Part shown: piece after piece, positions 34,401 to 42,570 of the stretch | Layout: every line of letters starts with the position of its first letter | How positions within the stretch are numbered: the stretch's first letter is position 1 | From: a virus | Lineage: Duplodnaviria > Caudoviricetes | Virus record (IMG/VR): IMGVR_UViG_3300008255_000185 | Span: 1 to 47,073 of that record | Length of the DNA: 47,073 nucleotides | Reading direction: 5' to 3' (one strand) | The notes under the pieces: model-generated | The model's input: the letters and a program-made list of their open reading frames with translations, nothing else | The model's database searches: none | Told to the model about the DNA's origin: nothing | Made by a program: the position numbers and the translations under genes

Positions 34401-34755
34401 TCACAGCGGTGCCGACCATGGCAACGCCGGTGACGGTGCTGTCCGGGACGCGGTGCATGTAGCCGCCGGCCCAGACCTTCGAGTCGCTGACTCGGACGGT
34501 GCCGGCGTCCTGGTCGATGATGACCGTGCCGCCCTCGCGCAGCGAAATTGGGCCGAAGGCACCGTCGCCGACTTCGCCAAGCCGGGCATAGGTGATGCCC
34601 TGCGCCTCGTTGGCTTCAGCGGACTCAACGAATTGCCGCCCGCGGAACAGCAGCTCCGCATAGCGCTTCGCAACGTAGGCCGCACCCGCCCGCTCGCTGC
34701 CGTCTGAATTTTGGCCGTCGAGGCGACGATTGAAATAGTTCGTCAGCGAGAACAT
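31477..34755 (-). CDS. Large baseplate/tail protein (DUF4815-like), 1092 aa
   Basis: Start MFSLTNYFNR (TGATG coupling), 'SAEANEAQ', 'FVDPF', 'DPVAQSF'. Confidence 0.8.
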   Translation of the reverse strand: MFSLTNYFNRRLDGQNSDGSERAGAAYVAKRYAELLFRGRQFVESAEANEAQGITYARLGEVGDGAFGPISLREGGTVIIDQDAGTVRVSDSKVWAGGYMHRVPDSTVTGVAMVGTAVIGIAVTAAPITDVEDPELKGVVPNTESQGEPLAGRLRYDAVWAKDGDPFYPVFTIIDGVLQNEVQAPQDSSAELAVERHIRQTHGSHIVDGFRVSPGGFDDATDEQTLIISAGTLRAEGREVRRSVDQRFRRVENPDLVQVNGETQIYPEGGVVTLNHGPIDSVQVVTVIKEVTRTITHQLAGGSDALPDTPVYAIVSVVQGGTTYTANTDYKLTADKVDWSPAGIEPSPGSTYTVTYRWVATVVPTAVGRQTITLEAAVVGQPVSIQYRWKLPRIDVVAIDLDGAVVYIEGLSSRYKAVPPLVPLPLAPLARIDNRWGIDPIITDVDQRKITEAESRAMLRVLRDNVDLISQLRMLLTIQERDPASRRGSFVDPFRDDLQRDLGITQDAAIVEGILQLPIEVIPEGVDIGADAISLPFITEPVLSQPFRTTARVINKYLNFTPLPSPLELRPAVDRWDEQQTNSSSSSTSSFVAQVTGFRPDLIAQGLHGTTSTESFSSSSTSVSSTTQEMPFMRQLRVGFIIRMMGPGELLDTITFDGVDVTATVDGTQTADSSGVMTGSFLIPANTRVGTKEVVVTGQGGSQGTTSYIGTHTLTITTFVTVTSTVTVATTIDPVAQSFVLDETRQISGARIEFTARGDVNKAVAIELRGLTGSTPDDLTLAEGVIPGDFTVSSPTVDQPSNWTEMSFRFPALVQANSYRAIAILTDDADHSVAVAQLGDQSEEDSPRGFDARKQEWIRRNPLNGDFFDGSNAKSWLLQPDTDLTCEIMARRYTSLTRTVEIGTFDLSVVNAEGVSDIMVLLIIEEPSPATRVRLELVRESGEVIAFEPNTHLPFDEYLTEEVTLRMVLTGTATLSPIVMPECQILWGRLKETARYVSEAVDLDQTNGALKVRTIVEVAAPGSSSVAVSIGDEGDWTAQTATATKALGDDWIEREYLESPVADLETRQEIVLTGTPKDRPRVRQLRVRATEV

Positions 34756-35261
34756 CAGACCCTCAAAATGAAGTTGCGGGCAATCGAGGTGCCGGCGGAC
34801 AAGAACTGCGGGCGGGTCCAGACCAGGCGGTTCAAATCGCCGGGATCCGACACGTCGGCCGGGGCGATGATCGTCTGGCCCTGCGGCACGCCGGCATCGA
34901 TTGTCGGCGATGAGAACAATCCGATCTCGCGGATCGTCTCGTCGGGATAGGTGCCGGCGGGCACCGAGAGGCGCACGCGGGCCCAGCGGGTGCGGGTCTC
35001 GCTGACCGAATACTTCGTGCCGGTGTCGGACAGGATCAGCCCCGCCTCGTCTGGGATGAGAAAGCCCTGAACGGTGGCGCGGGCATAACCGACGAGATCG
35101 AGGACGCCGGTGGATGACAGAGGTGGCGACGGCGGGTTCGCGTCCTCCCACAGAGCATCCCAAGCGGCATCGCCGCGCGACAGGGCGAACAGGAAGGTCA
35201 GGCCGACCAGCTGCTCGGCCATGACCTCGCGGCCACGGGTGGTCAGGATGTCGGCGCTCAT
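34755..35261 (-). CDS. Baseplate-associated protein
   Basis: 'ILTTRGR', 'IREIGLF'; ATGA coupling, GGAGG RBS. Confidence 0.75.
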   Translation of the reverse strand: MSADILTTRGREVMAEQLVGLTFLFALSRGDAAWDALWEDANPPSPPLSSTGVLDLVGYARATVQGFLIPDEAGLILSDTGTKYSVSETRTRWARVRLSVPAGTYPDETIREIGLFSSPTIDAGVPQGQTIIAPADVSDPGDLNRLVWTRPQFLSAGTSIARNFILRV

Positions 35262-36088
35262 GCGACCTCCACTGAGGTGGGAATGATGGTGAGATCGCCG
35301 CCAACGGCCCACGATCCGGATGGGTAGAAGCTTGGCCAGGCCGCCGGCTTGACGTCGGTGAGCGCGAAGGTGTCGTCTGTCTCTTCGTCGCCTTCGGCAA
35401 TCGCGTGCGGACGGATGCCAAAGCGATCGACGTCCAGCCGCATGCCGCCGAAGACCAGCGCCGTCGTCGTAACGTCGACCTCGACGCCGAAGCCGACCTC
35501 ATTGGCCGTCTCGGTTTCCGGGTTGCCGATCCAGCCGAAGGACACCTTGGCGCTGACGCCCGGGATCACCTCGCCGGAATAGCCGTCCATAAGGCCGTCA
35601 TCGAACCGGTGCTTGTCCATGCGGACAGGGCGATGGTCCCGGCCGATCGAGAACATCCGGAACAGCTCGTCCTCGGATGCCTTCGACAGATTGATGATGC
35701 CCTCAAGCTGGGCGATCTGGGCGATGTCCACCGGCGTCGTCGTGAAGCCGACCTGGAGTTCCCACCAGTTGTGCCGCTGGTCGGAGGGGGCGACCGTGCC
35801 CTCGCTTTCGACCCAGCCGATGCCGATCTCGATGCCGCGATCTGTGCCGCGACGCGCCTGCCAGGCCGGGCCCTCGGCCAGCACCTTGCGATAGTCGCGC
35901 ACATACGGAACGACGTCCTCGAGGCCGTAATCCCAGATGAACCAAGGCACCCAATCATCTGGGGTGATGGTGATGCCGTAGTTCTTGATGGTCCCGATCA
36001 GACCGCCGTATCGGCCCAGCGTGTCCCACGTCGCAGCAAGCGCGACCGTTGCCGGCCCCGCGTTAGACGGCAGAAGCTCTGCACTCAT
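35258..36088 (-). CDS. Tail/baseplate protein I (P2 gpI)
   Basis: 'LLPSNA', 'PWFIWDYG', 'RRGT'. Confidence 0.85.
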   Translation of the reverse strand: MSAELLPSNAGPATVALAATWDTLGRYGGLIGTIKNYGITITPDDWVPWFIWDYGLEDVVPYVRDYRKVLAEGPAWQARRGTDRGIEIGIGWVESEGTVAPSDQRHNWWELQVGFTTTPVDIAQIAQLEGIINLSKASEDELFRMFSIGRDHRPVRMDKHRFDDGLMDGYSGEVIPGVSAKVSFGWIGNPETETANEVGFGVEVDVTTTALVFGGMRLDVDRFGIRPHAIAEGDEETDDTFALTDVKPAAWPSFYPSGSWAVGGDLTIIPTSVEVA

Positions 36089-36951
36089 GACGTCAGCCGG
36101 AACGTCGTCAGCGTGATGGCGCCAAGGCGGATCGCCTCATTGAAGCCGGCATAGGCGTTCGCCCAGCCCTGCAGCTCGACCCGCTGAATGCCGGCCCGGT
36201 GCAGGTGCTTCTCGACATAGGACCGGGTCAGGTCGAAGCCGAGACGCTGGTCCGCCGCCATCGCCTCGATCAGTGCTTGTTCCGCCTGATCGATCACGCT
36301 CTCGGGTGTCTCCGGGTACAGGTAGACGTGAGCCGACACGTTCTTCGTGGTGATGATCGCCGGCACGATCTCCACCGTGACATTGCGCGACCGAAACGAG
36401 GGATCGTTCAGCGCCGTCGTCAGTCCCGCCTGCAGCTCCGGCGTGATCAGCCCGCCATTGTCCGACGTCAGCACCGACAGGATCAGCACACGATCCGAGA
36501 AGTCGCGCGTCTCGGCGGTGACCGCGACGTCGCGCACCAGGGGGTCGAAGTTGCGGGCGGCGGACTTGTAGTAGTCGTCCGGCCCGGCTGCCGATTTGCC
36601 CTTCCAAGCGAGCCGAACACGCTCGCGCAGTGCCTCGTCGGTCTCGTCCGGCAGCCGCTCCAGACCGATCCGGGTGGCATGAAGGTCGAGATCTGTCCCG
36701 GTCGCGAACGATGACAGGAGCGCCACGCGAGCCGCATCGTTCAGACGGGCGACGAAATGCATGTCGCCATAGGCGGCGCTGCGGGCTGCGATCGTGCCGG
36801 GGTTGGCGGGAAGACCGGCGACATTGTATTCAACGCCGGCTTCGAGCATCCGCTCGACGAAGTCCCCAAGCCGCTGAGCGCGTGTCGCCTCATAGTCCAG
36901 CGGCTGCACGATGACGGGCCGAGGCAACCCTTCCGTGGTGAAGCGGCTCAT
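36085..36951 (-). CDS. Baseplate wedge J/gp47
   Basis: 'FATGTDLD', 'ETDEALRER', 'AAGP...Y'. Confidence 0.9.
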   Translation of the reverse strand: MSRFTTEGLPRPVIVQPLDYEATRAQRLGDFVERMLEAGVEYNVAGLPANPGTIAARSAAYGDMHFVARLNDAARVALLSSFATGTDLDLHATRIGLERLPDETDEALRERVRLAWKGKSAAGPDDYYKSAARNFDPLVRDVAVTAETRDFSDRVLILSVLTSDNGGLITPELQAGLTTALNDPSFRSRNVTVEIVPAIITTKNVSAHVYLYPETPESVIDQAEQALIEAMAADQRLGFDLTRSYVEKHLHRAGIQRVELQGWANAYAGFNEAIRLGAITLTTFRLTS

Positions 36952-37340
36952 CGTGCCCTCGCATAGCCGTCAATGAACGAAAGCCCGAAGGTCCGCACGC
37001 CCTCGACCGTGTCGTCGCCGAGATGGGCGTTCGGTCGCCAGTCGACTTCGAGGCGGAACCCGGCCCGTCCCGTCCGGATCTCGTCGACCGTACCGGACAG
37101 ATCGACACGTCGAACACGAAACCGCGGCTCCCAGAGATCGATGCCGGTCATCAGCAGCGTCTGGAACACGCCGAACAGGCGCGCCGTCATGAGCCGTCCC
37201 AAAAGCTCGACGATCCCGGCGCCGAACTCGCGCAGCATGACCATCTCGCCGAGCCGGGTCGTGAAAATGATCTCGACTGACTGCAGCGCGGAGGCATAAT
37301 TGTCGATCACCTGCCCGGTGCGCCGGTCGATGTCGGCCAT
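36948..37340 (-). CDS. Baseplate gpW/gp25 family protein
   Basis: 'IDRRTG...QSVEIIFTTRLGEMVMLREFG...WEPRF'. Confidence 0.9.
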   Translation of the reverse strand: MADIDRRTGQVIDNYASALQSVEIIFTTRLGEMVMLREFGAGIVELLGRLMTARLFGVFQTLLMTGIDLWEPRFRVRRVDLSGTVDEIRTGRAGFRLEVDWRPNAHLGDDTVEGVRTFGLSFIDGYARAR

Positions 37341-37555
37341 CAGGAGCGCTTCTGATCGTCCGTGGTGGCGACAGCAGTCTTGGCCTCGCCCTTCGGTTTG
37401 CTGGCGGTAGTCTGCCCGTCCAGCGAGATGCGCGCATAGCCAAGGTCGAAACGTGCCTGTGCGTCCGTCAGCTCCACCTTGCGGTTCTTCGGGACGGGCT
37501 GGCCGTTCACCCAGTCCACGCCATCCCTCACGCGGTAGGTCTTCGTTTCCATCAC
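37340..37555 (-). CDS. Small hypothetical tail protein
   Basis: AAGGA RBS; 'VELTDAQARF' motif. Confidence 0.7.
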   Translation of the reverse strand: MMETKTYRVRDGVDWVNGQPVPKNRKVELTDAQARFDLGYARISLDGQTTASKPKGEAKTAVATTDDQKRS

Positions 37556-37564
37556 GATGTTCCT

Positions 37565-37825
37565 TCAGCTGTTGTCGGCATGGGTTGGCGATCCGGTTGC
37601 AATGACGGCGCCGCATTCTGTCGGATCACCCACGCGGGCCACCGCACGCCCGTCACGGCTGTAAACCGGGGAGCCCGCGATGATGGGATTCGGCCCGTGG
37701 ATGGGGCAGTCGTAGATGTCTCCGACGCGGGCAATCGCGAGACCATCGGCCGAACCCGTTGGGGAGCCGGTGACGATGGCACCACCGTGCGAGCCGGCGT
37801 CCGTCACCCTTGCAACTGGCGGCAT
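37565..37825 (-). CDS. PAAR-repeat spike tip protein
   Basis: Three 'VAR(V)GD/TD' repeats, 'HGG', 'CPIHG', 'CGA.I.TGS'. Confidence 0.92.
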   Translation of the reverse strand: MPPVARVTDAGSHGGAIVTGSPTGSADGLAIARVGDIYDCPIHGPNPIIAGSPVYSRDGRAVARVGDPTECGAVIATGSPTHADNS

Positions 37826-37826
37826 G

Positions 37827-38273
37827 TCAGGGGTTCACGTCGAAGCGCGGAACGACAAAGCGGATGTTCGCCCCAATCTCGAACACCACGTCCGCGTCGG
37901 CATTCAGCATCAGCTTGCCGTCGACCACCTCGAGGCGCACTCCCGCATCTTCGAACACGTTCGCTTCCATGTTCTGGTTCGGCGAGGGGTTTGCGTCGGA
38001 ATAGCCGGCGCGGATCATGAAGCCCTGGCGCGGGTCGCCGGTCGGGTTGACCACGCCGACCACCTGTCCCGGCTTGAGCGGAATGCTGGTCTTGCCCGTC
38101 TCGGGATGCGGATACCACGGCGACAGGAACGGCCCGTCGTCGCCCTCACCCAGCTTCAGGCGGTAGCCCTTCACCGGATCGATCTGCGCGACCGGCCCGA
38201 CCTTCATCGCCGTACCGAACGCAGACTTCAGGAACTCGACATCGGAGCGCAGGGCGATGATCTCGGCGATCAC
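37827..38273 (-). CDS. Baseplate spike gpV (short)
   Basis: OB-fold 'G.V..ID', 'SPW', 'GQVV.V..P.GD..QG'. Confidence 0.8.
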   Translation of the reverse strand: MIAEIIALRSDVEFLKSAFGTAMKVGPVAQIDPVKGYRLKLGEGDDGPFLSPWYPHPETGKTSIPLKPGQVVGVVNPTGDPRQGFMIRAGYSDANPSPNQNMEANVFEDAGVRLEVVDGKLMLNADADVVFEIGANIRFVVPRFDVNP

Positions 38274-39079
38274 GACAGGACCTCGATCGTTCCGGACCGG
38301 TCGATTTCCGCCGCACCCTGCCCCATTTCCGGGGTGACACGGTCCTCGTCGCCGGCCAGCGGCCCGCGGCCAAGGGCGTGCAATTCCGCCGCCGTCATCC
38401 CGTGCCGGCGCTGCAATGTCTTCCAGTCCGGGTCGCTGCCGCCTACGAGCGATTGCATCGTGGTCGCCTGCGCCTGATAGATCGGATCGTCCGTGCCCTG
38501 CAGCTTCGTCAGGAAGGCCGCCAGCGGGCTCTGTGGATCGAGCGCTTCGCCGCGCACCGGATCGTCCAACAGGCTGAGCGTGATGCGGATCTGGTGGCCG
38601 GCGAGACGCTGGCCGTCAGTGTTGCGGCGCCCGCCAATTTCGACCTTCGCCACGCTGTAGTGCAGACCGCGATAGATTTCGGCCCAGGCATTGTCGGGGT
38701 CCGACAGCGCATCGAGGACCTGCCGCTGGACGACATCCAGATAGAATTCGAAGGCACGGTCCGACGGTGGTATCGAAATCCCGACGATTTCCGAGACGTC
38801 GGTTTCCGGATTGGTCGCGGTCATCGCCATCGAGACGCCGGACTCGATCACCAGAACGCACATGCCGTTCTCGATGAGACTGCGGCCGGTGATGCTCTCC
38901 GCGGCACCCGTGTCGGTGTAGACGCTGACGAATGGACGATCCTCGTCCGTGCGCAAGGTGCCGTCGGCCTGAATGTCCAGCGCGCCGTTCGGACTGTCGA
39001 GGACATTCTCGCCGACCAGCGTCTGTCCCTTGATGGCCTCGACGGCGGCAATCCGGAGAGCGATGCGAGCGAGCGACAT
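38270..39079 (-). CDS. Tail completion/terminator-like protein
   Basis: Position between head-tail joiner and gpV; 'PFVSVYT'. Confidence 0.6.
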   Translation of the reverse strand: MSLARIALRIAAVEAIKGQTLVGENVLDSPNGALDIQADGTLRTDEDRPFVSVYTDTGAAESITGRSLIENGMCVLVIESGVSMAMTATNPETDVSEIVGISIPPSDRAFEFYLDVVQRQVLDALSDPDNAWAEIYRGLHYSVAKVEIGGRRNTDGQRLAGHQIRITLSLLDDPVRGEALDPQSPLAAFLTKLQGTDDPIYQAQATTMQSLVGGSDPDWKTLQRRHGMTAAELHALGRGPLAGDEDRVTPEMGQGAAEIDRSGTIEVLS

Positions 39080-39462
39080 CAGGCCTCTCCGAGCGCCAGG
39101 ATGAGGCGGCTTTCCCCGCGATCGTCCACACGCAGCACTTCAAACAGCGGATGCCCGGACCGAGACAGTGCACGGACGCGGTCGCGGGTATCGACGGCAG
39201 GGCCGGTATAGGTCGCCGTGTTGATGTGCAGCTCGGACTTGCCCGCGGCGAGCTGAGTGCGCCAGGACTGAGCATAGCCGCCGGCCATGTTGTTCTCATC
39301 GCCGCCGCCGACCCGCAGCACCGCTTCAATCTCCACCGACGGGCGCGCCGGATCGTGGGCGCCGTCCTTCATAAACGTCAGGCGGACGGGCTCCGCAAAC
39401 GCCTTGTCGGTGGCCGCCAAGGTGCGGTCCCTCACCTCGTGAAAGCGAGCGGCAACAGGCAT
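39079..39462 (-). CDS. Head-tail joining protein (FII-like)
   Basis: Position after capsid; GGAG RBS; beta-rich. Confidence 0.6.
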   Translation of the reverse strand: MPVAARFHEVRDRTLAATDKAFAEPVRLTFMKDGAHDPARPSVEIEAVLRVGGGDENNMAGGYAQSWRTQLAAGKSELHINTATYTGPAVDTRDRVRALSRSGHPLFEVLRVDDRGESRLILALGEA

Positions 39463-39483
39463 GACGATCTCCGGGAAATGGAA

Positions 39484-39503
39484 GGGCCGGCTTGAACCGG
39501 CCC
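39484..39503 (-). terminator. Hairpin after the capsid genes
   Basis: GGGCCGG-N6-CCGGCCC followed by TTCCATTT. Confidence 0.45.
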
Positions 39504-39510
39504 CGCCTGG

Positions 39511-39744
39511 TTACGCGGCGTTGAGAGCCGCGATGATCTCTGCCTTGGTGTCCGAAGACTTCACCTCGACGCCGCGCTTCTCAGCCTCGGCGACGAGTTC
39601 GTCCTTGGTCATCTTGTCAAGATCGGCGGCACTCTCGCCGCCGTCGGCCGTCACGATATCGTCCGATGTCGTACCGCTGTGAAACTGCCCGGCCTTGCGG
39701 AATTTGCCGTCATAGAAGCCGGCCTTCGCGATCATCTCGCCCAT
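39511..39744 (-). CDS. Small HeH/Rho-N-like domain protein
   Basis: 'LDKMTKDELVAEAEKRGVEV....TKAEIIAAL'; TAATG coupling with capsid. Confidence 0.75.
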   Translation of the reverse strand: MGEMIAKAGFYDGKFRKAGQFHSGTTSDDIVTADGGESAADLDKMTKDELVAEAEKRGVEVKSSDTKAEIIAALNAA

Positions 39745-40772
39745 TACGATGCCCTCCCGGTGAGGATCATCTCGGGGCGGGTGCAGACGAACAGCGGGTA
39801 GGAGTAGATCTCCACCCGGTCCCACGCGTCCCGGCCCGACGTGTCGGCCAGCATCAGCCCGTAATATTCCCGGGCCCGCTGGTTGAGATACGGCTTGAAC
39901 TCGTTGGCCGGCGAGAAGCCGACCTTGAAGGCGCCGCGAGCCCCGATCGGGAAGAACTTCGCCTTGTTCGTGTCAATGGCGATGGTCGAGCCATCGTCGG
40001 TGCCACGATAGTTGATGAAGGTGATGCCCTCGATCTCGAACGAGGAGTAACCCTCGATGTTCTCCAGGGTCGCCGCGCGATCGCCATTGACGAGGCGCGT
40101 CTCCTTCACCTGCGGATGATTGAGGAGCGCATCATAGAAGGTGTCGCCCACCAGCGCAGCTACTCGCGTGGCCGGCGTCCAGAGCCCCTTCGACGCCTTC
40201 ATCATGGCCCGCTTGATGTCGCGGCACTTCTTGCGAACGTCGGTGGCATCCGTCGTCAGCGCGAAGTTGACCTCGGCGGGTGCCGTGATGTTCCACTCTT
40301 CGAACCAGTCGATGATCGTGGAACCGTCGGAGTCGAGCACCTTCCCCTGAATGGCGCCGAAGCGCATATGCTCCCACGTCAGCTCCAGATCGTTCATGAT
40401 CTGCGCCGTGCGATCAGCCAGTTCCTGCGACACGTCGCGGGTCTGAACGTCGAACGGCAATGCGGCAACGCCTGCCAGCTCGGCGGCGTAGATCGTCGAA
40501 CCCTTGGCGAGCCGGGTCGTGTTGAACGGCCGGACCTTCGCGCCTTCCGGGATCAGTTCCTCGGGCGGCGCTCCCATCTCGGAGGTCGGGATGAGGGACA
40601 GCGTGCGATCCCGGTCGGCAATCGCGATGGTGCGAGAGCGCGAATAGATCGGTTCGAAGATCCCGAGCGAGCCCAGAAGCTGCGGCCGGAACTCGGTGCG
40701 CTCCACGATCTCTTCGTGGAAGTCGATCACGCCCCAACCGTTCTGGTTGAAGATGTATGTGACAAGTGCCAT
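39744..40772 (-). CDS. Major capsid protein, lambda E family
   Basis: 'T.EHMRFGAIQG', 'YSYPL..CTRPE.'. Confidence 0.92.
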   Translation of the reverse strand: MALVTYIFNQNGWGVIDFHEEIVERTEFRPQLLGSLGIFEPIYSRSRTIAIADRDRTLSLIPTSEMGAPPEELIPEGAKVRPFNTTRLAKGSTIYAAELAGVAALPFDVQTRDVSQELADRTAQIMNDLELTWEHMRFGAIQGKVLDSDGSTIIDWFEEWNITAPAEVNFALTTDATDVRKKCRDIKRAMMKASKGLWTPATRVAALVGDTFYDALLNHPQVKETRLVNGDRAATLENIEGYSSFEIEGITFINYRGTDDGSTIAIDTNKAKFFPIGARGAFKVGFSPANEFKPYLNQRAREYYGLMLADTSGRDAWDRVEIYSYPLFVCTRPEMILTGRAS

Positions 40773-40786
40773 CGATTCAGCCCTCC

Positions 40787-41161
40787 TTATCGGCCGACAA
40801 TGCCGGCGGCGGCCAGGGAGGCGAGCGCGGCGGTTTTCTGCGGGTCGGTGGTGCCGTCTGCGAACACCAGCACGTCGGCGTGCACTTCCGTGTCGCGGAC
40901 GGTAAAGGCGCGCCGCACATCTGCGGCGGTGGCATCGCAGCCCTCGTAGAGGATGGCTGCGGCGGTCTCGCTGCCATCGGCGGCGGCGGGCGCAAACGGC
41001 ACATACTTGCCGGTGGCGGTCACCTTGCCCATCACGGCGCCGGGCTTAAGAACGCCCGCGCCGCTGGCGATGACGCCCTGCTCGCGTGAGCGATAGCCGT
41101 TGGCCTCGGAAACGATGTAGTGACCCGCTCCAGAGAAGCGGTCTTCGGTCAGAATTGCCAT
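40787..41161 (-). CDS. Head decoration protein D
   Basis: 'SEANGYRSRE', 'DGSETAAAIL'. Confidence 0.9.
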   Translation of the reverse strand: MAILTEDRFSGAGHYIVSEANGYRSREQGVIASGAGVLKPGAVMGKVTATGKYVPFAPAAADGSETAAAILYEGCDATAADVRRAFTVRDTEVHADVLVFADGTTDPQKTAALASLAAAGIVGR

Positions 41162-41176
41162 GGGGGAGACCTCCTC

Positions 41177-41578
41177 TTAGCGGCGCTTGTTGGTGCGGGC
41201 GACGGCGTCGGCGAGGACGGACTTGTCACCCTTCGCCGAGGGCGCGCCGCCACCGGTGAGACCTTCGCCATTCAGGCGACGACGGTCGTTCCCTCCGCTC
41301 TCGGCCTTCGGCGCGGCGGCGAGGATGGCCTTGGCCTTCTCGGCCGTGACGCCGGCATCGGCGAGCGCCTTCGCCTGAACTTCGTTGCCCTTGGCCTCGT
41401 CGAGCGCCATGATGGCGTCAGCGTTGGCGCGGGCATCGCGCTCGGCACGAAGCTCGGCCAGTTCCGCATCCTTCGCGGCCTGGGTATCGGCATCCTGCGA
41501 TGCCTTCAGCGTTGCGTTTTCGGCACGAAGCCGTTCGAGTTCGGCGGTGGTGTCCCCGCCCTTCTTGTCGTCCGACAT
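41177..41578 (-). CDS. Nested in-frame scaffold protein (Nu3-like)
   Basis: Strong internal RBS AAGGAG before MSDDKKGG; coiled-coil composition. Confidence 0.65.
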   Translation of the reverse strand: MSDDKKGGDTTAELERLRAENATLKASQDADTQAAKDAELAELRAERDARANADAIMALDEAKGNEVQAKALADAGVTAEKAKAILAAAPKAESGGNDRRRLNGEGLTGGGAPSAKGDKSVLADAVARTNKRR

Positions 41579-42271
41579 GGATGTCTCCTTGTTCTGTCGG
41601 GTGGCAGCGGCGGACGGGCCGCCCTCTTTGGCCGCGTGAAGCGTCCAATTCTTTTCACGGGCGCGGGCGATCAAGCGCTCCGGCGCATGTGCGAATATCT
41701 GTTTGTCGCCATAGGCGTAGGCCGGGGCAGCGCTCGCGAAGTCGACGACATCAGCCGACTTGCGGTCAGCGAATCCCGCCTCGACCGCCTCGTCGGGGCC
41801 GAAGTACGTTTCCGCCTTCATCCACTCTCGGATCTGCGCTTCGGGCTTGCCCGTCTTCTGGACGTAGGCAGTGACGTATGTGTCGGTAACGAGCCGCTGG
41901 ATGTTCGCGGCGCTTGCCAGGCCGTCGCTGTTGGCAGCGAATAGGCTGACGCCGGGCTCGTGGATCATCACGATCGAGCCGCTGCTGATCACGCACTCAG
42001 TTGCCGCGCAGGCGATGATCGTCGCGCTCGACATCGCCATGCCGGCGATCACGACGGTCGTCTTGCCTGACCTCGCCCTGATGGCGCTGGCGATGCCCTC
42101 GGCGTCAAAAACCAAGCCGCCCGGCGAGTTCAAATAGATGGTCAGGTCGCGATCAACGCCCGCTTCAGCGAGCGCATAGAGAGCCTCGCCATGGGTGAAG
42201 AAATCGCCGAACAGATCGAAGCCGACAGCCCCGACAAGATGCAGATCCTTGCCGTCAAAAAATGCGGGCAT
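41177..42271 (-). CDS. ClpP-family prohead protease fused to scaffold
   Basis: 'LNSPGG', 'AMSSAT', 'MIHEP', 'ETYF..DEAVEAGFAD'. Confidence 0.9.
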   Translation of the reverse strand: MPAFFDGKDLHLVGAVGFDLFGDFFTHGEALYALAEAGVDRDLTIYLNSPGGLVFDAEGIASAIRARSGKTTVVIAGMAMSSATIIACAATECVISSGSIVMIHEPGVSLFAANSDGLASAANIQRLVTDTYVTAYVQKTGKPEAQIREWMKAETYFGPDEAVEAGFADRKSADVVDFASAAPAYAYGDKQIFAHAPERLIARAREKNWTLHAAKEGGPSAAATRQNKETSMSDDKKGGDTTAELERLRAENATLKASQDADTQAAKDAELAELRAERDARANADAIMALDEAKGNEVQAKALADAGVTAEKAKAILAAAPKAESGGNDRRRLNGEGLTGGGAPSAKGDKSVLADAVARTNKRR

Positions 42272-42339
42272 TGATGATCCTCAAAATTTTGGCAGCGAAT
42301 AGGGGTTAGCTCGTGGCCAACCGGGATCGGTGCTGCGAC

Positions 42340-42570
42340 CTAGTAGGGACGCGCACGCCCAGAAATCGCGTATCGGGTTCGCCTACCCGACAGCCGCTCA
42401 CACCGGCGTTCGGCAATCCGGAGGGCCGCCTGCACGTTTTCGATGGATGCCTTCGCCCATACTGTTGCGTCGGTACCGAAGCGGGCCTCTGTGACCATCT
42501 CGCCAGACAGCATCGCCATCTCGATTTCGCGAAGCTTCTCCGCGCGAACGCACCAGTCGATCTCGGCCAT
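42340..42570 (-). CDS. Head completion protein, lambda gpW-like
   Basis: 76 aa, 'LSGEMVTEARFG', TGATG-coupled to portal. Confidence 0.65.
   Translation of the reverse strand: MAEIDWCVRAEKLREIEMAMLSGEMVTEARFGTDATVWAKASIENVQAALRIAERRCERLSGRRTRYAISGRARPY

Noticed and set aside
34756-35502. N-terminal 249 aa of the 1341-aa ORF
   Set aside because: Overlaps two real upstream genes in other frames; the true start is the TGATG-coupled ATG at 34755.
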